From assembly GCA_032718475.1 (NCBI GenBank), contig JAUCBJ010002897.1, forward strand, positions 1-44,940: DNA of 44,940 bases, given 5' to 3'. Of this stretch, positions 22,923 through 34,896 are shown piece by piece (the stretch's first letter is position 1; each line of letters starts with the position of its first letter). The notes beneath the pieces are model-generated. The model did not search any database, had not been told where the DNA came from, and was given only the letters and a program-made list of their open reading frames with translations. The translations under genes were made by a program, and so were the position numbers. This stretch comes from Nemertoderma westbladi. Taxonomy: Eukaryota; Animalia; Xenacoelomorpha.

Positions 22923-24074
22923 CTACCTACCGAACACCGCCTGGGACACCGGGTTGTCCACCGCCGACCATCTCGACTCCATTAGCGCGTCTATAAATTC
23001 CTCGCTCTGGGCCATAGTCAGTAGGTTGGTCTCCTCTATGTTGAGTTCCAACCCGGGGTCCACCAGACGGGAGAGTTCCCGCTCGGCCTCGCTAACCGGG
23101 GACTTAGCGGGGGACTGGGTGGGGGTCACCGGCGGCGGGGGGGCCCGCTGCACCGGCGGTGCGACCGTCACCGCCGGTGCCGCGCTCACCACCGGCGCGC
23201 TCTCGGCCCGGGGGTACTGGGGCGGGCTCTCCGCGGGCTGCGTCCAACCCCATTGGTTGTAGTCCTGATAACCCGCGGACTCCTGAGGGGTCCCTGCGGC
23301 GGCGCCCCAGCCGGCTGCAGGCCAGTAGGGCTGCGCGTAGAACCAGTTGGGGTAGCCCTGGGCGGGGGCGGTGGCCCCCGCCTGCTGCTCCGGTTGGCCC
23401 CCCTGGTACTGGTAGTGGTTGGTCTTGACGAGACGAGCCTCGGGGTTGTTCGGCGAGTTCCACGCGAGATCCACCTTGAGGGGCCGCCCGCACAGACCCC
23501 GGTCGCCGGACATCGTATACAACGCGCGTTTCTGTTGCCCCTCGTCGATAAAATGTACGAAACCGAAACATTTCGAGGCGCCTTGCGGGTCGGTTTTAAC
23601 GACCGCGGATTTAGCGGTGGGGTAGCGATTCGCGAAATATTCATAGAGTCGTTTATCGTCCGTTTCCGGGGTTAAATTACCGACGTACAAAGAGAATCGT
23701 TTATTAGGAGGGAGAAACTCCCCAGCCATATTCTTTTTAGCCAACCCCGGCTGTGCGTAGTTGAGTTTGAAGTAAGCAGTAGGGTTGGAGTTGGGTATAA
23801 CGTGGTTGTTCCACATTCCCAGCACTCGTTCCATGTCGATGTTACTGTGAAAGTGAATGAAAGCGTACGACGGAGCGGAGGTTTGTCCCTTTCGCATCAC
23901 CCGTATCCCAGCTATGGGTTCCCCTATAGACTGGAAGGCGCGCTGTAAGAAGGGCTCGTCCATATGGGGCATTACGGCCATCCATAGGGCGTGCGTTGAC
24001 GGGGCGTTCGCGGGTTGGGGGCCGGTTGAGTGGGGTTGAGGGTTGCTGTCGGACGCCGGAGTCGACATATTCAT
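22923..24074 (-). CDS. TRNAU1AP: tRNA selenocysteine 1-associated protein 1 (SECp43), single exon
   Basis: Two RRMs (ALWMAVMPHMDEPFLQRAF..YAFIHF..FKLNYA; FSLYVGNL..YFANRYP..SKCFGFVHF.DE..QKRAL), a Tyr/Trp/Gln-rich region, and the C-terminal LVDP..NIEETN...MAQSEEFIDALMESRW motif. Confidence 0.92.
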   Translation of the reverse strand: MNMSTPASDSNPQPHSTGPQPANAPSTHALWMAVMPHMDEPFLQRAFQSIGEPIAGIRVMRKGQTSAPSYAFIHFHSNIDMERVLGMWNNHVIPNSNPTAYFKLNYAQPGLAKKNMAGEFLPPNKRFSLYVGNLTPETDDKRLYEYFANRYPTAKSAVVKTDPQGASKCFGFVHFIDEGQQKRALYTMSGDRGLCGRPLKVDLAWNSPNNPEARLVKTNHYQYQGGQPEQQAGATAPAQGYPNWFYAQPYWPAAGWGAAAGTPQESAGYQDYNQWGWTQPAESPPQYPRAESAPVVSAAPAVTVAPPVQRAPPPPVTPTQSPAKSPVSEAERELSRLVDPGLELNIEETNLLTMAQSEEFIDALMESRWSAVDNPVSQAVFGR

Positions 24075-24178
24075 GTACCGGTATTGTTTGACTCTCGTAA
24101 AAATATCTGCGATTCTTTACCCAGCAGTCTGACAGTACCGGTAACGGAAGTTGTGATCAGTGTTGATGACAACGATAT

Positions 24179-24239
24179 GCCTAGGCCAAGGACTACTATA
24201 CTACTGTCAGACTGTAGTATAGTAGTCCTTGGCCTAGGC
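24179..24239. repeat. Perfect 26-bp inverted repeat with 9-nt loop, ~105 bp upstream of the TRNAU1AP ATG
   Basis: gcctaggccaaggactactatactac (24179-24204) / gtagtatagtagtccttggcctaggc (24214-24239). Confidence 0.9.
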
Positions 24240-24249
24240 CTATCACCTA

Positions 24250-24308
24250 ACCTTAAGCCGGCACAGCATTCTTAAAAATGCAGCTGTAATGCAGCATGCC
24301 GATCCTAG
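24250..24308 (+). mobile_element. 59-bp insertion ending in hairpin + CTAG, flanked by 9-bp direct repeat tatcaccta
   Basis: Its 3' 45 bp match 7200-7244 with one mismatch; tatcaccta occurs at 24241-24249 and 24309-24317. Confidence 0.7.
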
Positions 24309-24691
24309 TATCACCTATCTAATCAATACTGCAATACATAGCACATAAAAAATACTGAAATAATTTTATACAACTGTACAACAACAGAACAGTCTGACAG
24401 TAGGCTACTCACTGGCTTATTTTTTCATAGTCCAGTACTGCAGTACTGCAGTACGGTAGTCGTGCTGGATTGACTGATTGAGGTCTACCACAGTACCAGC
24501 CAGCCTACCATGCCTACGACTGTAAGCTAAGGCTGTAAGGCAGTAAGGCCTACATAATGACATACCTACCTCAGTAACTACACGTGTACCAGTAGTTCTG
24601 TAGTTAGTTTAGTTTAATACGCCGAATGTAATTAAAATTAACACATCTACACGATCAAATATTTATTATACAACACATTGTACTGGAGTGA

Positions 24692-24769
24692 GTACAAAAC
24701 AAATATCAAAGACTGAAAGACCCTCTGTACAAAACAAAGATCAAAGACTGAAAGACCCTCTGTACAAAA
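24692..24769 (+). repeat. Left stub of the AAAGACCCTCTGTACAAAAC satellite, separated from the main array by a transposon
   Basis: Two 35-bp units of the same type as 26516-32003. Confidence 0.9.
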
Positions 24770-26515
24770 CCCAGTTAAACATGAACTTATGTTTCATATG
24801 TGGTATATATATGTTGTATGGAATAGGTGTGTCTGGAAATTGGGTTTTTATGCTCATGTATGAATAATACATGTCACGCATGCGGTGATACATACACTTA
24901 GAATGTGTGTATCGCCATTTATGATATTTATATGTTGCACATATGAATTTATCATAAATAAATGTGTGAGAATGCGCATGTGAATAATATATGTTGAGCA
25001 TATGTGAAATAGCCATAGCCAAGACTCTGAGTTAAATTTAAATCCATAAACTATTCAATTCGTAATTGTGTAATCCAGTTCATGGATTTTATATGTTGCA
25101 CACATGTTTGCCTTATGGTAATACAGGCCTTACAGTAGTACATGTACAGAAAAGAATAGCGAGGGGGGATGCGAAAATTGTTGATGTCACTACTCAGCTT
25201 TTTGCATTAAGAACAAATATCGTTTTAATCAGCAGTATAATACGTTGAATCTATATTTTTTGTTATACTGTATTTTCAAAGTACCGGCTATATTTAACCA
25301 TATAATGTATAATCAATACATAGGCCTGCTATAAGGTTTAAATTATGAGTGGAGGCTGTATGGACACTAAATAGAAGTAACCATAGTCGATCTTCCAATT
25401 GTTTTGTTTATTGCATTTGAGGGCTGGTGGTGGGCAGTGGGACACATTCTTAAAATGATAGGCATTTCATAGTCTGATCCTCCAATCTTTCTTCTTAACC
25501 ACGTCGTGTCGCTTGCAGTTTAGCTAGTGAATTGCAAATTATTTTATATTTTACCCATAACGGCATAATGCGTTGCATAAGCCTACCGCTTATCATAGTC
25601 CACTCAATTGTTCAGTGATGCAGTATGTGACTTGCCTGCTTTCTGCCTTGCACTATGCACATTGTGCTGTGCATGTGCATTGTACAGTGCTGTATTAACA
25701 GAATTAGACAAACATATGAATGGCTGTATGGTGGTTTTCACTTGTCAGGTTGTGGTTGTGCATTGTCATCTGCGCTGCTAAGTATCAGTAAGGGGTACAG
25801 ACATAGACAGCACTATACACTAATGCGCTATAAGCACTATAGCACTATACTATAACACTATACACTAATACATGCACTATACCATCCGTAAGGTAGGCAG
25901 GCCTATATTGCAGTTCTTATCCCGTTAAAAAATTGAACATGTGTTTCATATGTGGTATATATATGTTGTATGGAAAATATGTCTTAAAATTAGAAATAAA
26001 ATATCATATGAGCAATTATATGACCTTAGAATTAATTAATTTTCGAAGATTTATCAAAATGAATAATCTATTATAGCTGGAAATTAGATAACTTAATTAA
26101 ATCTAACTAATAGAATACGAATTTACGGATCATCACCAAAATCTATTAAGGATACTCTCATATCACTATGAGTTAAATATTTTCATATATACTCCGATGC
26201 TTCCTTCTCTAAATGTATAGGGTAGGTGTAGGGCCGTAGGATAGGGTGTAGGGATTGGATAGGATAAGGTACTGAGGTAGGCTACCCCCCCCCCCCCCCC
26301 CCCGCCCCAGCAGACCCACACAAGTGATTGGTCGGTCTCAGTTTAAATTTTTACTCTTTTTGTCGCACTTGTCACATAAAAAACATATGTGTATCACATG
26401 TGAACATTCCACATATTGATCACATTTGACAACACTGTAACATTTACATATATGTATCACATGTCGAATTATTTATGGCAACCATATATGAAACACATAC
26501 TCATGTTTAACTGGG
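24770..26515. mobile_element. Non-autonomous CCCAG...CTGGG DNA transposon (EnSpm/CMC-like) with 2-bp TSD, inserted in the satellite
   Basis: TIRs CCCAGTTAAACATGA..TGTTTCATAT.TGGT / ACCATATATGAAACA..TCATGTTTAACTGGG. The empty site tgtacaaaacaaagatc is restored with an AA duplication. A second degraded left end lies internally at ~25921-25975. Confidence 0.85.
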
Positions 26516-29500
26516 AACAAAGATCAAAGACTGAAAGACCCTCTGTACAAAACAAAGATCAAAGACTGAAAGACTGAAAGACCCGCGACCCTCTGTACAA
26601 AACAAAGATCAAAGACCTTCTGTACAAAACAAATATCAAAGACTGAAAGATCCTCTGTACAAAACAAAGATCAAAGACCCTCTGTACAAAACAAAGACCC
26701 CCTGTACAAAACAAAGATCAAAGACTGAAAGACCCTCCTGTACAAAACAAATATCAAAGACTGAAAGACTGAAACACCCTCTGTACAAAACAAAGATCAA
26801 AGACTGAAAGACTGAAAGACTCTCTGTACAAAACAAAGATCAAAGACCCTCTGTACAAAACAAAGATCAAAGACCCTCTGTACAAAACAAAGATCAAAGA
26901 CCCTCTGTACAAAACAAAGATCAAAGACCCTCTGTACAAAACAAAGATCAAAGACCCTCTGTACAAAACAAAGACCCTCTGTACAAAACAAAGATCAAAG
27001 ACTGAAAGACCCTCTGTACAAACAAAGATCAAAGACCCTCTGTACAAAACAAAGATCACAGACCCTCTGTACAAAACAAAGACCCTCTGTACAAAACAAA
27101 GACCATCTGTACAAAACAAAGATCAAAGACTGAAAGACCCTCTGTACAAAACAAAGATCAAAGACTGAAAGACCCTCTGTACAAAACAAAGACCCTCTGT
27201 ACAAAACAAAGATCAAAGACTGAAAGACTGAAAGACCCTCTGTACAAAACAAAGACCCTCTGTACAAAACAAAGATCAAAGACTGAAAGACTCTCTGTAC
27301 AAAACAAAGATCAAAGACCCTCTGTAAAAAACAAAGATCAAAGACCATCTGTACAAAACAAAGATCAAAGACCCTCTGTACAAAACAAAGATCAAAGACC
27401 CTCTGTACAAAACAAAGATCAAAGACCCTCTGTACAAAACAAAGATCAAAGACTGAAAGACCCTCTGTACAAAACAAAGATCAAAGACCCTCTGTACAAA
27501 ACAAAGACCCTCTGTACAAAACAAAGATCAAAGACTGAAAGACCCTCTGTACAAAACAAATATCAAAGACTGAAAGACTGAAAGACCCTCTGTACAAAAC
27601 AAAGATCAAAGACTGAAAGACTCTCTGTACAAAACAAAGATCAAAGACTGAAAGACTCTCTGTACAAAACAAAGATCAAAGACTGAAAGACCCTCTGTAC
27701 AAAGCAAAGATCAAAGACCCTCTGTACAAAACAAAGATCAAAGACCCTTTGTACAAAACAAAGATCAAAGACCCTCTGTACAAAACAAAGATCAAAGACC
27801 CTCTGTACAATACAAAGATCCTTTGTACAAAACAAAGTCCCTCTGTACAAAACAAAGATCAAAGACCCTCTGTACAAAACAAAGACCATCTGTACAAAAC
27901 AAAGACCCTCTGTACAAAACAAAGACCTCTGTACAAAACAAAGACCCTCTGTAGAAAACAAAGACCCTCTGTACAAAACAGAGACCCTCTGTAGAAAAGA
28001 AAGACCCTCTGTACAAAACAAAGACCCTCTGTAGAAAACAAAGACCCTCTGTACAAAACAAAGACCCTCTGTACAAAGCAAAGACCCTCTGTACAAAACA
28101 AAGACCCTGTGTACAAAACAAAGACCCTCTGTACAAAACAAATACCCTCTGTACAAAACAAAGACCCTCTGTACAAAACAAAGACCCTCTGCGTCTGTAC
28201 AAAACAAAGATCCTCTGTACAAAACAAAGATCAAAGACCCTCTGTACAAAACAAAGGTCATCTGTATAAAACAAAGACCCTCTGTACAAAACAAAGATCC
28301 TCTGTACAAAACAAAGACCCTCTGTACAAAACAAAGACCCTCTGTACAAAACAAAGATCCTCTGTACAAAACAAAGACCCTCTGTACAAAACAAAGATCA
28401 AAGACCCTCTGTACAATACAAAAATCCTTTGTACAAAACAAAGACCCTCTGTACAAAACAAAGATCAAAGACCCTCTGTACAAGACAAAGACCCTCTGTA
28501 CAAAACAAAGACCCTCTGTACAAAACAAAGACCCTCTGTACAAAACAAAGACCCTCTGTACAAAACAACGACCCTCTGTACAAAACAAAGACCCTCTGTA
28601 TAAAACAAAGACCCTCTGTACAAAACAACGACCCTCTGTAGAAAACAAAGACCCTCTGTACAAAACAAAGACCCTCTGTACAAAACAAAGATCCTCTGTA
28701 CAAAACAAAGACCCTCTGTACAAAACAAAGATCAAAGACCCTCTGTACAATACAAAAATCCTTTGTACAAAACAAAGACCCTCTGTACAAAACAAAGATC
28801 AAAGACCCTCTGTACAAGACAAAGACCCTCTGTACAAAACAACGACCCTCTGTACAAAACAAAGACCCTCTGTATAAAACAAAGACCCTCTGTACAAAAC
28901 AACGACCCTCTGTAGAAAACAAAGACCCTCTGTACAAAACAAAGACCCTCTGTACAAAACAAAGACCCTCTGTACAAAACAAAGACCCTCTGTACAAAAC
29001 AAAGACCCTCTGTACAAAACAAAGACCCTCTGTACAAAACAAAGACCCTCTGTACAAAACAAAGATCCTCTGTACAAAACAAAGGTCAAAGACCCTCTGT
29101 ACAAAACAAAAATCAAAGACCCTCTGTACAAAACAAAGATCAAAGACCCTCTGTACAAAACAAAGATCAAAGACCCTCTGTACAAAACAAAGACCCTCTG
29201 TACAAAACAAAGATCAAAGACTGAAAGACCCTCTGTACAAACAAAGATCAAAGACCCTCTGTACAAAACAAAGATCAAAGACCCTCTGTACAAAACAAAG
29301 ATCACAGACCCTCTGTACAAAACAAAGACCCTCTGTACAAAACAAAGACCCTCTGTACAAAACAAAGATCAAAGACTGAAAGACCCTCTGTACAAAACAA
29401 AGATCAAAGACTGAAAGACCCTCTGTACAAAACAAAGACCCTCTGTACAAAACAAAGATCAAAGACTGAAAGACCCTCTGTACAAAACAAAGATCAAAGA

Positions 29501-32003
29501 CTGAAAGACCCTCTGTACAAAACAAAGACCCTCTGTACAAAACAAAGATCAAAGACTGAAAGACTCTCTGTACAAAACAAAGATCATAGACTGAAAGACC
29601 CTCTGTACAAAACAAAGACCCTCTGTACAAAACAAAGATCAAAGACTGAAAGACTCTCTGTACAAAACAAAGATCAAAGACTGAAAGACCCTCTGTAAAA
29701 AACAAAGATCAAAGACCCTCTGTACAAAACAAAGATCAAAGACTCTCTGTACAAAACAAAGATCAAAGACCCTCTGTACAAAACAAAGATCAAAGACCCT
29801 CTGTACAAAACAAAGATCAAAGAATGAAAGACCCTCTGTACAAAACAAAGATCAAAGACCCTCTGTACAAAACAAAGACCCTCTGTACAAAACAAAGATC
29901 AAAGACTGAAAGACCCTCTGTACAAAACAAATATCAAAGACCGAAAGACCCTCTGTACAAAACAAAGATCAAAGACTGAAAGACTCTCTGTACAAAACAA
30001 AGATCAAAGACTGAAAGACTCTCTGTACAAAACAAAGATCAAAGACTGAAAGACCCTCTGTACAAAACAAAGATCCTCTGTACAAAACAAAGACCCTCTG
30101 TACAAAACAAAGACCCTCTGTACAAAACAAAGATCAAAGACCCTCTGTACAAAACAAAGATTAAAGATCCTCTGTACAAAACAAAGATCAAAGACCCTCT
30201 GTAGAAAACAAAGACCCTCTGTACAAAACAAAGATCAAAGACTGAAAGACCCTCTGTACAAAGCGAAGATCAAAGACCCTCTGTACAAAACAAAGATCAA
30301 AGACCCTATGTACAAAACAAAGATCAAAGACCCTCTGTACAAAACAAAGATCAAAGACCCTCTGTACAATACAAAGATCCTTTGTACAAAACAAAGTCCC
30401 TCTGTACAAAACAAAGATCAAAGACCCTCTGTACAAAACAAAGACCATCTGTACAAAACAAAGACCTCTGTACAAAACAAAGACCCTCTGTAGAAAACAA
30501 AGACCCTCTGTACAAAACAGAGACCCTCTGTAGAAAACAAAGACGCTCTGTACAAAACAACGACCCTCTGTACAAAACAAAGACCCTCTGTACAAAACAA
30601 AGACCCTCTGTACAAAACAAAGATCAAAGACCCTCTGTACAAAACAAAGACCCTCTGTACAAAACAAAGACCCTCTGTACAAAACAAAGACCTCTGTACA
30701 AAACAAAGACCCTCTGTAGAAAACAAAGACCCTCTGTACAAAACAGAGACCCTCTGTAGAAAACAAAGACCCTCTGTACAAAACAAAGACCCTCTGTACA
30801 AAACAAAGACCCTCTGTACAAAACAAAGACCCTCTGTAGAAAACAAAGACCCTCTGTACAAAACAAAGACCCTCTGTACAAAACAAAGACCCTCTGTACA
30901 AAACAAAGACCCTCTGTACAAAACAAAGACCCTCTGTACAAAACAAAGACCCTCTGTACAAAACAAAGACCCTCTGTACAAAACAAAGACCCTCTGTACA
31001 AAACAAAGATCCTCTGTACAAAACAAAGATCAAAGACCCTCTGTACAAAACAAAGGTCATCTGTATAAAACAAAGACCCTCTGTACAAAACAAAGATCCT
31101 CTGTACAAATCAAAGACCCTCTGTACAAAACAAAGACCCTCTGTACAAAACAAAGATCCTCTGTACAAAACAAAGACCCTCTGTACAAAACAAAGATCCT
31201 TTGTACAAAACAAAGACCCTCTGTACAAAACAAAGATCAAAGACCCTCTGTACAAAACAAAGACCCTCTGTACAAAACAAAGACCCTCTGTACAAAACAA
31301 AGACCCTCTGTAGAAAACAAAGACCCTCTGTACAAAACAAAGACCCTCTGTACAAAACAAAGACCCTCTGTAAACAAAGACCCTCTGTACAAAACAAAGA
31401 CCCTCTGTACAAAACAAAGACCCTCTGTACAAAAAAAGACCCTCTGTACAAAACAAAGACCCTCTGTACAAAACAAAGATCAAAGACCCTCTGTACAAAA
31501 CAAAGACCCTCTGTACAAAACAAAGATCAAAGACCCTCTGTACAAAACAAAGATCAAAGACCCTCTGTACAAAACAAAGACCCTCTGTACAAAACAAAGA
31601 CCCTCTGTACAAAACAAAGACCCTCTGTACAAAACAAAGACCCTCTGTACAAAACAAAGACCCTCTGTACAAAACAAAGACCCTCTGTACAAAACAAAGA
31701 CCCTCTGTACAAAACAAAGATCAAAGACCCTCTGTACAAAACAAAGATCAAAGACCCTCTGTACAAAACAAAGATCAAAGACCCTCTGTACAAAACAAAG
31801 ACCCTCTGTACAAAACAAAGACCCTCTGTACAAAACAAAGATCAAAGACTGAAAGACCCTCTGTACAAAACAAAGATCAAAGACCCTCTGTACAAAACAA
31901 AGATCAAAGACCCTCTGTACAAAACAAAGATCAAAGACCCTCTGTACAAAACAAAGACCCTCTGTACAAAACAAAGACCCACTGTACAAAACAAAGATCA
32001 AAG
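26516..32003 (+). repeat. ~5.5-kb modular satellite: 20-bp core AAAGACCCTCTGTACAAAAC plus optional AAAGATC (7 bp) and AAAGACTG (8 bp) modules
   Basis: Directly visible; unit lengths are 20, 27, 35 and 43 bp. Diagnostic variants recur in blocks, indicating higher-order duplication. Confidence 0.98.
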
Positions 32004-32382
32004 AAGAAATTCCACCAAAAAAAGAAGAGAAGTCAATGCAAGTAAAATCAATGCAATCCTATGCGATACTTTTCCCATAGGGATAAATTATAAAAAGTAA
32101 CAATTTAATAAAAAAATTAATTTATTATGTCCCAGTGTGAGTGTATTGTGTGAGTGTATTTGGTTTTGCACGAGTTGGCAGGTGGATCGAGTGCAAAATT
32201 CAATACACGGCGGCAGAATATCTGAATCGGAACTTAAATTATGACAAGATATCTAAAATTATTTCGCTACTAATAATTAATTACTACTACTACTAATTAT
32301 TTCGTTGCCGTTCCAGAAGCAAATTAACCTATAATTACCGAGGCCACATGCCGAGGTTATTATATTAGGTTAATTTGCTGAA

Positions 32383-32466
32383 GGATTAGGCAGAAGTGAT
32401 TATTACAGTTTTATTCGCTGAAGGTTTTTATTTCCGTATATTAACTCTAGAACATTGCAATATTGT
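32383..32466 (+). repeat. Dispersed repeat, second copy at ~33788-33869
   Basis: ggattaggcaga(a/g)gtgattatt..agttttattcgct..aggtt.ttatttccgtatattaactctagaacattgcaatattgt occurs at both sites. Confidence 0.8.
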
Positions 32467-32607
32467 GTTTATTGTTAATTAGAGCATATTGAATGAACAA
32501 CATGACAGCATACTTTGTATTTGTAAGGATCGTGTTCTAATACAAACACGCATATATTCAATTTTTTTCAAGCATTAGTAGCATTTAAATCCATTTCCTT
32601 GAATTAA

Positions 32608-32800
32608 TATCGCTCCAGAGGTCGTGGGTTTCTACCCCTGCAGGCGGGCCAGGTTAGTTTTCGTTTTGGCACCAATGCTTTAAAGGGACTAACCAAACCA
32701 GGGCGCATATTTGCTTTGTTAATTAAATGGTCGTTAAATGAGTACCAGTTATCTCTTTGCCTGTAAGGGGTATAGTTCTGTTGGGTCTATACTGGAATTG
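32608..32800 (+). mobile_element. 5'-degraded tRNA-derived SINE
   Basis: B-box-like gaggtcgtgggtttctacccc, followed by a central taaatgagtaccag motif reminiscent of conserved invertebrate SINE body domains. Confidence 0.45.
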
Positions 32801-33839
32801 AGTCGTGAAACCTTCTTTTCTATTTTTCGTACTTGTTACAAGGAGGTCTCCTTGTTTTTTTTTTCGTTTCAGCACTCATTGCCTCTAACATAAGGTAAGG
32901 ATGAACCGAATCTGTGAAACTACTGTATATTTTTTTCATTATCTATTTAATAAATTGTTGCAGAAATAACGTTATTTTATTTTCTTCAATACTAGGCTCT
33001 TTTCACTGATAAATAAATAAAGATAAGCCAACTTATTATGTATATTTATAATAATAATACGATTTGTTGGTATTTTTAAAAACACTAGCTACTGTACCAT
33101 TTTTATGAATACAGTAACTACCATTGGAAAACACTAGCTACCATAAAAATTTCACATGTACCGAGTCGGAAATATGTTCCAGAACATAAATCAACAGCGA
33201 AAAGAAAAGAGCTATACAAAGGCAGAACAGTGTTGACACGGGATAAACTAGTACCACCCACTCCACCCCCCCCCCCCCCCCCCCAGTAAAATTTAATGAG
33301 ATTAATAAGATGGCAAACAACGAAAAGATCTTAAGGTTTTTTTATGCCGTTAATTATGTTTTTATGCGTTTTAATGATGCTCGCATGGCTTTTGGTGAGG
33401 TCAGTTTGTAATAAGATTATAATAAGGTTATCATTCTTACGAATACTGGAGTAGAATTTAAAGTGCCAATCTGTGAATCTTATTGAGATGGTCATTTTGC
33501 TTAATGTGAAATATATAGCTACAGTATATTATTGAAAGAAACAGTAGCAAGTTTGGTATATTGCTGAACCATAGGATAATACATAAAATTATATGAATAT
33601 ACTGCAACATATATTTTCTAGAATCCCGTATCAGAGCAATTTCTAAGAAAACAGTATAATTTTAGGAAAAGATGGTATAATACAACAATTATAGAACATT
33701 TTTTTAAAATTATACGATTATAATTTTAGCTAGTTTCCGTAGCAATATGCGAAAATTAACAATAAACGGAAATAATAACCTTCAGCGGATTAGGCAGAGG
33801 TGATTATTCAGTTTTATTCGCTTCAGGTTATTATTTCCG

Positions 33840-33938
33840 TATATTAACTCTAGAACATTGCAATATTGTATGTATATTAACTCTAGAACATTGCAATATT
33901 GTATGTATATTAACTCTAGAACATTGCAATATTGTATG
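33840..33938 (+). repeat. 33-bp tandem repeat x3
   Basis: tatattaactctagaacattgcaatattgtatg repeated three times perfectly. Confidence 0.95.
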
Positions 33939-34896
33939 TAGGCCTATATCAAATTGAAGAAGAAAGGCAGGGCATTACAATGCTTTGTGTCACTTTTGTA
34001 TGTTAGGCTGGCCGTTTCGCATAATATTCCTTTAATTACTACTAAATATTCCTAAATTAAAAATTATGAATTTATATCTATCTAGGCCCTCCCTATCTAT
34101 ATTTTAAAATTATAAAAAAAAAAAAATATTACTAAATATTTTAAAATTGTGTTTTATTAAAAAAACGTAGGATTAAGCTTAAATTAGGATAGATGTAGAT
34201 CAGAAAACTGATGTATATGACAGTACTGTGCAAATTATTTCTGATATCAAACTCTAGTCGAGCATTGTACCGGTAGGCCTACATTCAGAGTTTTAATGGG
34301 TGTTAAGTTGGTGTTTAAGTGGGTTTTTCAGTTTCACGGGGCCTACAATTCGCTTTACTCCACTGAAACTCGTCGGGCGAAGTTCCGAATGGGGCGAAGG
34401 GCCGAAAAAAGCGCCCGTGATGGTCACTTTCGAACCTTCGTCTCATTCGGACATTCGACGGTGCGTAGGGGAAGGACGGCGACGCCGCAGTAGGAGATAC
34501 AGCACGGCACGTAGTAAAGTTAATTTTTAAAGTCCCCCCCCCCCCCCCCCCTGGCTAGCCATCAAAACCGAATCAGCTAATGGGGCTGATGCAGCTCATA
34601 GCCCGAACCAATAATTTCTTCGTAATTACCATTGTACGATTTTGTAATTTTATAATTTTATTGTAGGACTTCTTTGATGAGCTGATCGAAGGGGTGAGCA
34701 GGCCATGTATTATGATGGCCTTGGTTATACTATTAGTAAATTAAAAAAACAATTGTTCTAGAACAAAAAGTGTACAGATTACTGACCATGGAACTCAAAT
34801 TTAAATACAGACAATGCAGTACATACCGTACTGTCATACAGTATATTTAAATAGTTCGCTACTATAGCTAAAGTTGTTTCCCCATATTTTTTTACG

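Noticed and set aside
13727-24074. Horizontal transfer or viral origin of the GC-rich intronless genes
   Set aside because: The proteins are typical animal orthologs, DENND3 has a spliceosomal intron, and no viral or bacterial hallmark genes are present.
26516-32003. Possible CRISPR array
   Set aside because: There are no unique spacers and no cas genes, and the context is eukaryotic.
26636-32100. Dozens of long ORFs (FVLYRGSL/FCTEGL/KTKTLCTKQ repeats)
   Set aside because: They are translations of a stop-poor satellite with units not divisible by three and mostly TTG/CTG starts; there is no coding signature.
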